DNA of 64,000 nucleotides from Lepidodermella squamata (Eukaryota > Animalia > Gastrotricha), in NCBI GenBank assembly GCA_047495785.1, contig JBLDXI010000003.1:806001-870000 (forward strand), written 5' to 3'. Shown here in pieces: positions 50,801 through 62,800 of this stretch. The position numbers and the translations under genes are program-made. Position 1 is the stretch's first letter, and each line of letters opens with the position of its first letter. The notes under the pieces are model-generated. The model did no database searches, was not told where the DNA came from, and saw nothing but the letters and a program-made list of their open reading frames with translations.

Positions 50801-53800
50801 CCGGCAAATGCGCAAAGTTTGCCAGAATATGCTATTCTGTTATGCGTAATTCTGGCTAGATTCGCGACCTCCGTCGAGCATAACATAGGACATGAAAAGG
50901 CTGTCAGTTATTGCGGTCTTTTTCGATTTTTATATTTCCCAACATGAAAGAAATACAATTTTTGAGTTTTTTGAGGAAAAATACCGAAAAAGTACCGCGG
51001 GAATCGGCATCAAAATTCATCCCTCTAGACTGTTCTAATATCGTGAAACCTGTCTAAAGCTCTGCTTTTAAATGCGATTTCGGCTCCGGCCTTGGGACCA
51101 GTTCCCAACCAAAAACTATCGCAGCAGTCTTTGAAAAAATCGGTTGATTGCCAACCGAAAAACAGGAAAAAACCTGAGTTCCAAGGTATTTTCATGAGGA
51201 ATCTTTAGGCCTCGTCGTTACGTTTGACTTATTAGAATTATTCTAAATGGCTCTTTTGAAATTTGCCAAGTCTTCAATTTCCATCCCTCAACTTTGGCAA
51301 ATATGATTCCCTTGAACGATATTCAGGAAAATTTGAGGTAAAAAATTACTAGGAAGATAATTAAAAATAGGGTCGCTTAACTTGTCCGTTCGAGAAACCC
51401 TAGCCAAACTCAATCGACTACTGTTTTTTGGTTTCGCCAAAAAAAATTCGCCAAAGATGACCCTCAAAATAATGAGCATAACAACTCGCAAATCCTATGG
51501 CGTAGTAATGTGTGGCGCAATAATTAGGCAAAATAAAAGCATTGTGTGCTACATCGTTCTTGCAAAAATTTTCATTACGCAGTTTGATCGCTTCGGAATC
51601 ATTTCGCATTTTCATATGTTTGACAATAGACGCAGCTTTTAAATGGTAATTTTTCAAACTTCAATATTTTGCTAATTTTTATTCAGCAGAAAAATTATTA
51701 GAATTAGCTTTTAAATTAATTCAATTTCCAATTTATTGCCTTTGTAAAAAATTGAATTTTTGCTATTTTTCCATCAGATTCAAGCCTACTTTGAAAAGCA
51801 ACCCAATCGACCCAACCAGCCGCCTGGATCCGGCCCTGGTGCGCCAGATGCTGAACGACGGCTCGTCGCTAATGGCGTCCAGCGTGCCGCACGACGCCGA
51901 AGCAACGGCCCAATTCCTGCGCAGCGTCCTGCCCCGAATGCGATACACCTCAATGGCGCTGCGGTACTCGCGCGGCCTATTCGCCCGACTCATCACGTCC
52001 AACAACGCCAACCCAATATCGAGTAAGGAGTCGAAAAATTCAGTCGAAAAATCAACCCCGGCCCGGGTTCAACCGCCGACGGCTAGCGTGATTTTCGACG
52101 AGAAGCTGAACCCGGTCGAGAGTGGCCCGATCCGGGACTGGCAAATCGTGGCTGAAAGTTATGAAAAAACTATTGAGCTACTAACCGGGGAGAACTCGAA
52201 TGACGTAGCCAGTCAAGCGTATCGCGAGCTAGGCTTCGTTTTCCTGATGTCCGGCAACAAAAAGGCTTGCCTCCACGCCTGGTCGCTCGCGTTCGATCTC
52301 ATTGTCCGGAATATGTTTGTCGATAAGGTGACTAATGCCCTGGATTTGCTGGATCAGTTGTTCGTGAGCCGAGGTGGGGGGTCGAATAATTATAAGCTGG
52401 AGCAGGATTTGTTGAATTCGCTCGGCGCGTGGGGCGTGGCCTATGCTGCGGTGTTGCTTGTTGATTGCTCGCAGTTGATGGTTGCGTTGGATTCGTCGGC
52501 GTCTGTTGAGGATAAACGGCGGCTGTGCCTTCACACGGCTGGACATATGCTGCGGGCGTTGCTTCGCGGGTCGATTGTCCACCCGAAGGAGGACAACGAG
52601 TATGCGAATTACGAGATTGGCAAGGCGGATTCTTTGGTCCTAATTCCAGGTAATCATTTTTTACACGTTTAGAATTATTCTCCAATTTTAAATTTTTAAA
52701 TTTGCCTTTAAATTATGTTCAAATTAATCTTTTAATGTTGAATTTCAACGATCGTAATTTTTATAATTTTAAATTTATTTTACGAAGTGTTCCTTCTCAA
52801 ATGTAAAATTTTTTATCCTTTCGACAATTCAACCTTCCATGTAGATTTATGTATAAATTTGTAACCTTTCACTCATATTTTCATAAATAAAAATGAATTA
52901 GCAAAACGATGATCAATGGTTAGGGCTGTGGGGTTAGGGTTATGGGATTAGGTTTGGGTTTAGGATGCGTTTCGGGTTTTGGCGAAGTTTGATTTTTTGC
53001 CTCTAGCAGTTCATCAAAAACAGTTTTCAAACCGAAAAAATATGGGTGTGCTAAGTACGCACCCTAAATTTAGGGTTCCGGCACCAAAATTCTCCAAACT
53101 TTGGACTCCAGCACTAGATTTCCCCTAAATATGTTTTTTTCGGATTTCTAGTCTTAACTAGAATCTCAAATTTTTTGTTATCATGCCTAACCAATAGAGC
53201 TTCATATTACGCGTATTTCGCGTTATGAGCGGTCAGTTTACGCATTATACTTCCTCCTATTGAGCCGATATCAATTCCAAGTATCGATTTCACAAATCAA
53301 AGATTTTGCCGATATCGGCCGTCTTGGAACCCAATATTGATATTTTTTCTACGTAGCCTAGGGCACCATGTAGCTAAAATAAAAAATCCCAGGACACACC
53401 GAAATCTCAAAGAATCTGTAAAATTTAGTGCTGGAACCTCATTTTCAGTGGTGGAAATATGTAGACCCAAAAAAATGAAGTTTCAAGGATCGTAGATAAT
53501 GAGCTCTAAACTGTATTTTATTTTATTTTAGTTCTAATTTTGTCTAAAAATGCTTTTTAAATATTTTCGGGAATTGTTAAATGAATTTTGAAAAAATTCA
53601 AATAAATCACCCTATTATCATAAAATTCAGGGTGATTTCAATAAAATTTGAGCACCACTTTGAGAACACGGCTTGATCTTAATCTATCGTAATTCATTGA
53701 AAAAAATGATCCTTGGTAATAATGTAGCCAGAATAACTTTGGCTTAGCTTTTCAACACCGAACAATAAAATCACAGGAATTTTATTATTGCGTAAATCCT

Positions 53801-56800
53801 GAGCGTTAGAATGGCGTAAGGTGATTGGACCCAATACTTGCTTTTTAAGAAACATTCTGAGTCTCCTCATTTTCCAAGAATTTATCCGTGATTTTTCATC
53901 GGAGCGAGAAAAATTTCTCATGAATTGAGGTTTAGATAGTTTTTTTGGATGCCGTAGTCGGATCGAAGTTTTTAAAGGTTGTAGTAGTTACAGGGCCTCG
54001 GTATACAAACTCCGATGGCTTCATTTATTTGTTCGAACAGTTTACCGCCTTTCCGAGTATCTTTCATCTTGAATGCCTCATTGATACGTTTGACAGGTGG
54101 CCTGGGAGGAGGTTCCTCTTCGCGTTCACTTTCAGTGTGTTCCATGGTCCCATACGCACTACTTTGAATTTGTGGCCGCCGAGATATTTTGTCGTGCGGG
54201 TTTCTACGTCAAGGTGGTTTGATGTCGATTGCCCGCTTGCGCTATCCATGATTTGAAACAATTTGAAAATGGGATGTTTGAAATGACAACATTTTTGATG
54301 GTTATTGCATGCGTTTGGATCAGCTTTCCGAATTCGGTAACGTCGCGTCCCACCGGTAAGAGGAGTAACCATCCACATTCGCCATCGGTTTGTTCTTCGT
54401 TGATCTGATTTGTTGAGCCATTTTTCGAAATGTTACGAGAATGTGTATTGGTTTGACAAAACTCCATTTCCATTGGCCCTATATATACTTAATGCTAGTC
54501 TGATTCTGTTGCGAAAAATTCGAGCTAAATTGAAGTTGGAATAGAAAGGACTAGAATTGAGATCACCCCGGGATAAAACTGGATCAGCGAATATTGGAAT
54601 TTATAGTCGAGAGCTAAGAGAAGCTTTCAGCTCTCCATTTTCCGAGAAATTATCCGCGATCTTTTATCGGACTAACGGGCAAGATTTCCCATAACTTGAT
54701 CTTTAGATTGTTTTTGGGGTGCCGTAGTCGGATCGAAGTTTTTCAAAGCTGTAATAGTTACAGACAGGGCTCAAAATGCAGAATATGGAGGATTCCCCAG
54801 CTGGTTTCATTTTCCAGAAATTCAAAATGGGATTTGAGCAGTATTTTTTATGACCCGTGCCACCTTTTAGAAAAAGATTCTTGTCATTTGCATACACCAG
54901 AGTGTATCAACATAAATTGAGGGTTCAGTCATATGCTCATAATCTTCGGCCACTGCGCCTTTTACAGCCATCTTTCATTGAAGATTGAAGTGCAGATTGA
55001 AGATTTAGCTCTGACTGTGCCGCGCGAAATGATGTTTCGTTCTTATGAAATTGGGACCGTACAAGGAAACGAGACTATCGACATAACGGTGAACGAAAAA
55101 CCAATAATTGGACCAAATCATTTTCGAAACAAACGGCGAAAACAGATAACCACCCAATCGGAAGCCTGACAGGAACCCTCACCAGTGTTTTGATTTGAAG
55201 ATTTTCGCTTCGATTTCGACGATAATACCGGGACGACCGAGGATAACAGGGTTAGTAATAAAATGCTCGGCGCGGATTTCCCTAGCGAAATGTTGCCTGT
55301 CAACGATTGTGCGAGTCGATTTCATGTTGCATTTGCGAGAGAGCGATTCCTGGTTTTGCATGTTCTGCGGCCCCATGTACAGTTGAGACAGCACGTCAGC
55401 AATTTCGAAATGTGATTTGCTAAAATAACTACCCGCACGGATGTAATAATAACATTGTGAGAAGAAGATCTGACTGAAGACAACTTGGAAACAACTATCG
55501 TAACAAATCCATGTCAAATTCGAGTCCAAGGGCTTATGCCCTCGTGTTTCGCCAGGCTATCCAAGTGGAAATTTTTTATCTGAGTGTTAAATTCGGCGAG
55601 ATTCAGTCTGTAGATGTGCTTCAACATTTCTAAAAGCATCAGTAAATTGTAGTGGAAAATTCCTTCGCAAACGTCAAGTAGCAGATCTGAAAGTAGGCAA
55701 CTCGGAAACAGTTCTCGTAGCAAATTCATGCCGAGAAATGCGCATCGTCATTCCAGTCTCGGTTTGCCTTGTGACTAGAAATGTTACAAATTCGAATTTC
55801 TCGGAGCCAATAATTCGCTAAAATTCAAGTTTGAAAAATAACAGTAGCAAATGTGTGGCGCCACAATTCATGATTGCCGTTGTAAAGCTCGGAAACCTCG
55901 TCCCAAATGGGCTCTGTGTAGCTCTTTTTGCGGCAATTGGATCTGTTAACGCTTTTCCGAATTTAGAGAAATATAATGAAACTGCGGCTAATATCCTTTC
56001 GATGACCAGGGATGTGATTGAAAGAAAAGTGCAAACTTTGAGTCTTGAAAACTTTCGAATGGGTGATCATGGCGGGCCAAATTTTCTACCACAGGTAGCT
56101 CTTAGGTATGGCTAACACCAGTTAAAATTTGGCTGTTATTGCTGTTTGGCGGGTAGTTCATTGTTGCGTAACAAAAATTGCAAATTTACACATTTCTTTC
56201 GATCACATCCCTAGACATCTGATTTTTTTAAATAAATTAAATAATTATTAAATTAATTATTAAAATTATATTCAAAATTTATATTTAAAATTTAAAATTT
56301 TAAAATTTTTTTAGGCATCCAATTGTCGAATGCTGGCGATCCGTACCGTTTCTGCGCGCAACAAGTGATAACCGCGTTCGAATCCGTCGTCGATTTCCTA
56401 CTCGACGAAAAGTACCTGCTCTTCTCGCTGCCCATCCTCAGCCTGTACCAATACTTCGCCACAAATCTAACGCGATCAATCGAACACGCAGTCCGCGCCC
56501 GCCTATGCAAAGTCCGCGTGCTGACCGACCTGCGATTCTTCAACCGAGCCCACGCGCAACTGCTACGCCTGCTCGGCGGCACCGACCTACCCGTCATGTG
56601 CTCGCCCCACTACCGCCAGCTGTCCGAAACCAAGGTCACAGTACCCGAACTCGACCTGTCCCGAGCGCTGAATGACGTGCGGAATGTCCCAGCGATCGAA
56701 GCCCTGCTATCTCGCCGCCTATCAGTCGCTGTCGCGTCGGAAATCGGCGCGTTTCTATCGTGCGAAATCTCGCTAGCCCAGGCGCATCTTATGATATCGA

Positions 56801-59800
56801 TTTCAAAATGCGTCCCTGGTATCCCGGATTTCGGCGATTTGAGCCAGGTTCAGAACAGGTATACGCAGCGTACGTTTTCGAACAAACGCGCCAAGGCGAT
56901 TGAGAAGGAATTTGCGTTTTTCTACAACGCGGCTGACAAGTTCAATGGACCGAAACGGCAGCGGGTTCGTAATGCCAATGAGTTGTTTGATTTAATGCGG
57001 CAGTTGGCGCTTGGCGGCACGGTTTCGGCGCAGTCGAATGATAACGGTCCGGTCACGGCTGCGGTGCCTGGGCAGCAGAACCAGCAGGAGAAGCGGTGGT
57101 TGCCGGATGCGGCGCTGCGGAGTGCGAATAAGTTGAAGGGCTGTGTGTTGCAGGTTGCGGAGCAGATTTTGGCGGTGACTTCGGAGCTGCTGCTCGATGC
57201 CGGCTGTTTCACGCCCGGTGGCATCGAGAATCTGGGCTGGCAGGAGGCGAATATGATTGTTTCGGCTAGGAAAGGTACATTTCTCTGATTCTGTACCTGA
57301 TTGATTTTGTATTCGAAATTTTGAAAATTGAATATTGAATTTTTTTAATGTTGTCTTCATTTTCATTTTCATTTTCATTTTATAAAATCATAATCAATTT
57401 TCAAAAAATCAACTGATTTTTTTATTCTCGAATTTTTTCGCACACGCTAAATAAAAAATCACCTGGACCCAGAATCAGAAAATGGGTCGGAAAGCCGTAG
57501 ATCATAGATAATAATAGAGAACTTACGAACCTCGCGTAGTTTAAAATTGCTTCAGATGGTCCGTGATGTGCGAGAGGGCTTTCGCAAGATTGCCTTGTAA
57601 AATAGGCCGATTTCGATGATCGATTTTGAAATCGATTGCGCGTTCGAGCTGCGGTTTTATTTCCAGTCCGAAATTCAGGAAATCGCTTTTCTTTAAAATT
57701 ATTGAAGCGATCGAAACTGAAATGAACGAGCTGGTGGGAGTGAGGCGACCTGCCTTCAGCCTGCTCTACGCCACCGAGTAGATTTGGCTTGGACAGCGTA
57801 GAATTTCGCCTGTCGCATGTAGTTTATGTCACCGATGGCGCTTTGGCCGATCAGAAAATGACCACTGATTAAGACAGTCCAATAAGCCATAAGCACGGCA
57901 CTACAACTCATTTCCTTCCGAGTCCTTAAATTTTGAATATCTCAATTCTCGTAATGTTTTCAAGCGTTGGCAACACTCGCACTAAAAATCTGAACAGCAA
58001 GATTGACTTTCATTGACCATGTGACTTCCATGTGACGACCATGTGATTTCATTGACCCAGTTTATGTGATGTGTCTTGAACAGTGAAAGAATAACTGAAA
58101 CGAATAGAAATAGTCGATACGTTTTGAAGAGAATAATCGGTTAAAACCAGTCTTTTGATTTAAGCAATGCGTCTCCAGTTATGTAGCCGGCGTTTGGCTC
58201 GAAGCCGAATTCCCGAAGAATAACCGTTGAAGGGCATAGCCGTATCCCGGAAAGTATAATAATGGGAAGAGTTGTGCATTTTGAAAATTCAACGTTTAAA
58301 TTCGAAATTCAGGTCGACAATTTTAAAGTTAGAATTTAGAATTTAAATTGATTGGCAAAAACTTGGTTGTTTAATAATATCAGGTGGCGGATAATGTAGA
58401 ATCGAGGAAGATAGTTGTCACCGAACCCCGACATGTATATGGCATATTTTGTAGAATAACCAAAACAGGCCTTGATATTTGCGACGACAACAGGCTTTTT
58501 TTCTCCCCCAGACACGCGATCGGTGATTCGAGTTACAAGTCTGAAACGAGTTTTGATTTGACGTTATAGGGGTCGGTGGTGAATTAAACAGTACAATGAA
58601 CCGATTTGCCTGAGAGCAAAAGAACAATATTGACTCAGCAACGGAGTCTTTGGATCCGTGAATCGGCTTCTTTAGCAGTCCATCGCCAGTGGTTTTCGCT
58701 GATTTTTGCCGGTTTTCTGTTGAAAGTTCGTTGAACTTCGCGACAGGAAACCTTTGAGGATTCGTTACAGCAAATTTAAAATGGAACAAATGAAATAAAA
58801 TTTAATCTATCAAGGGCAGTTCAGTGTCGTCGCTTGCCGGCAGGCACGTCTTCTCTAAATCCACCAGGATGACGGTGGTGTTGGGCTTGCCAGTCAGCTT
58901 GAACTGCCACTTGTGTTCAGTGGGGACGAGGTCTCTCACTTGAACCCCATAGTAACGTTTCCAATCCGCCGCGTCATCAGCCAGCATGGCAAAGACGGGA
59001 TGCCCCGGGATGGGAATAGGGCGATCAGCTGCGCTGCTCGACGCTGCGTTGCCGGGATGACTTCGGTTCGAAATCGGGCGATCAGCTGGGCTGCTCGACG
59101 TGTTGCCAACTTGTTGCTTACTCATTGTAGGAATTATACGTATGCAGTAATAATGTAGTAATGTAGAGGAAAGGATTCAGATGACATTTGTGGATTTCAG
59201 CAGCCTTCTCTCGTGAAATGCGTTTTACAATAGTTCGAAGGCCGATGATTGGAAAGACCTTTTCAAATGAAGAGTTGTCCAGATCAGGAAGTTCTTTTAT
59301 TGTGAGGCGACATTCTGGAATGCAGCAGTCGTTAAAAGTACTTCTTTCAAATAAAAGGAATTTGAAAACAAAAAATCAAATCTAAAAATTAGAAAATTAG
59401 AAAATAAAAAAATCCGATATTCAATAAAACAAGCAAGCAGCTAAGTCTTGGATAGAAAATTTCAAGTCTGAGCCAGACTCAAACCTGAACATCTGAATTT
59501 TAAAATTTTAAACCGTGTGGTTTTAATTTGAAACTCAGAAATTTTCAAACTAGAAATTACAATTAAAAAACCAGCATAATTGCCTGTTTCGTTCAGCATA
59601 GCGAGGCAACTAGGTAAAACTCGGCTGGCGGTCGCGTTGGATTTCACGGGTAGCGCCAATATTGTACGGTGAAGTCGAAGTTTAAACCAGTTACGAAGAA
59701 AATTTGAAATTTTTAAAAAAATGTTGAATGTTTGAAATTTCCTAAAGATTAAAAATTAAAAAATTTAATCATTTCACAAAATTTGAAATTTTTTGATAAT

Positions 59801-62800
59801 TAAAATTTCTCAATTTTAGAACAAGCCCGCATTTCGCGTCAAAGACAACATGGATTTCTAGCCGCTCGAACGGCCTTGGACGGGCTCGATTTCCTGACCC
59901 AATGGCGGGGCGGTGAGTCCGACGCCCAGACCAAACGCGGCGTAGGACCCCAGGCGTGGGCTGAACTGCGCCTGGGCCTGATCCGCGGCCTCGCGATGCG
60001 CATCACCGGCATCGGGAAATTCACGGAAATCAACGTCGAACGCGATTTCGCCTCGCCGCTCGAGTACTGCGACGAGGGCATAGACGAGGCGAGAAAATTC
60101 CGCCTGCCGCTGGTCGAGGCGAAATTCCACTGGACGCGGGCGAAATTGCTGCTCCTCGACTCGGCGGCTGATTTGCATTTGGTTGTCGAAAGCCTCGATC
60201 GGGCTATTGCGTTGACGAGCAGTGCGAATTGCCGATCCGAGGCGGCTCATTTGTTGCGGGCCAAGGCGCAGATTTTACGGCTCGATATTCTAGCCACCCT
60301 ACCGCCACCACCGCCAGCTGTCAAAAGCTCCAAGTCTTCGAAACAGGTGCGTGAAAATAACCTTGCATACATTTTTTTAATTAATTTTTCTAATTAATTT
60401 CTAATTAATTTTTTTAATTCAATTTTTTAATTAATTAATTAATTTTTATTTATTAGGAATTGAGGTTAGGTTGGGGTTAGGTGTCAGAGTTTTGTTCAGG
60501 GTTCGGGTTTTAGCTCGAGTTGGGGTTTTTACCAAGTTCAATTTCAGGGTTCTTGCACTTCACAATGAACATTTTCAGCGGAAAAATTGACTATGTTATC
60601 GAAATCCTGTTTTTTATTATATAAACCGATAACAAGTTACCTACACAGGAAAACAGGAATGAATTCAGTTTACAAACCCATTAAAATCAGCACGCGACAT
60701 GAATTTGGGGGAAAAATCGAGCCCTAACCTGGATTCATGAAATATGTACAAGGACTTTTGAGACCCGAATTCACGTTTTTTCATGAAAGCTTGTAAAAAC
60801 ATGGGCATATCTCATGCCAATTTGATGAGAGAAAAGCGTTGCTGTTAATAATTTAAACCGCTGAAATCAGCCCCAGCCGCAATCGGTTTAATACAACTCG
60901 GCGTGCAATAGACATTAACGAAAAAATAGGCCGCTTCATTATCGTGTTGGGCTTGCCAGTCAGCTTGGGGCCAGTCAGCCAGTCAGAACTGCCACTTGCG
61001 TTCAGTGGGGACGAGGTCTCTCACTTGAACCCCATAGTAGCGTTTCCAATCCGCAGCGTCATCAGCCAGCATGGCTAAGCCGGGATGCCCCGGGATGGGA
61101 ATAGGGCGATCAGCTTCGCTGCTCGACGCTGCGTTGCCGGGATGACTTGGGTTCGAAATCGGGCGATTTCGGGGGTTTGTGGATGTAGTTCTTTCTGAAG
61201 TAGTCATACAACTTTTCGAGGAGTCATGACCTTCAAATGCAGTCTCCTCCACTCGACAGCCGCATTGTGCAAAACGCTTGATGAAGAAATTAAAAATTGT
61301 GAGTATTGCCTCAGAACTGATGCCAGGTTTACACAACTCAACAGAGCCAGGGTACCCAGTCAAAAGTCCTTGGGCCCATGGTAGGCCTTGGTGCCCACTA
61401 TAGGCCCAAGGCAGGAAGTCAATGGGCCCATGGTAGGCCCACGCTAGTTGCTAGGCCCGTTATAGGCCTAAAATTTGTTAGGCCCATTATTGGCCCAAGT
61501 GCCGATGTCTAAAGCCGATTCTTGATCGGGCCCAAAATAGGCCCAATCGAAAGCTTAATATAAGCCCGTGCCTTGCTGGGCTGGCAGCGTGGGCTCACTG
61601 AGAAAATCGCGTGGACGTCGTTGCGTAACTCCTCATCTTCATCGATTAGTCTATAGGCAAATTGTAGAAATCCAGTTTTATGTGGCAACAGGTATCTTTC
61701 ATCGATAAAACTGGCGGGGCCGTTGAGAAATAAGTCGAACAGTTTTTCCCCATCTTCGTGCTCAAGGCAGATGCCTACTGTTTAACAGGCACAACAGTAG
61801 AATTTTGTAGGGGCTTGGCAAGAATTTGTCGATGATCAACGTTTTTGAGATGTTTATGACGAATTCAAAACCAGTGCAGGAGAAGTGAACGTTCGAAACT
61901 TGTGAAACATCATGGTCCATGTTGTTTCTGTCGACTTGGCCATCGGTCTCTTGCCAAACTTAGTTGGCAACGCTTCTGTCGCGCTAGTAGTAGAAAGTTT
62001 CTGTGTGAACGCTCAGTTTTCGATGGAATAGCATTTCTATGATAGGCGTTTGAGGCAGCGTGAGGACCTTCATCATGCCCACGCCAAATATTATGCATTT
62101 CGGAATCGGCTGAAGAATCGCGTGGGTAGTAAACGTTTTCCCCAATCGAAATACCACGAATGGTACAGTAAGGACAGGCGAAATAACCACCCGCGTGCGT
62201 GCAAAGCATCACATCAGCCTTAGCAGGGGTAGCGCAGACAATTTTGACCTAAAATGTGGCACTGAAGTAGCAGCAGGCACATGGACATCAATCAGCGTGA
62301 CTATAACCGATAGATTTAGGCGCTAATTAACTGACTTTTACTCGGGTTTATAGGACCCTGGGAGCCTCCTATTTTAGCGTAAAATTTTAAATTAAAGCTT
62401 TTAATTGTCAAGAAATGAAATTCGAGGCGATAAATACCAAGTTTTAGGTAAAAAGCACGAAAATGCCGATTTTCTTAGCAATCTCGTGGACATTCAAAAC
62501 GAGATTTTCTGGCGGGAAAACGACGGCCCGGCGGTCGAATTATTGATTGTCTTTCATAGAATTGAATTTGTCACGATATTGCTGATTGATACTACCCAGA
62601 GCGGAATGCAGTAGTTCCTTTTCGAATGCGAAAAATCAATAGCAATTCATGAAAAATAATTAATAATTATTAATATTAATTAATATAATTCATGAAAATT
62701 AATACCTATTTGTTTCAATTTTTAGAAATCTGAAGAATCTGACCAGTTCCCGCACCCGAAATCGCTGGAAGCCGTGCTGGACGCGTACCCGGACGTGTTC

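Noticed and set aside
52918-52965. Telomere or chromosome fusion site
   Set aside because: Short and degenerate; such tracts are common inside DNA-transposon remnants.
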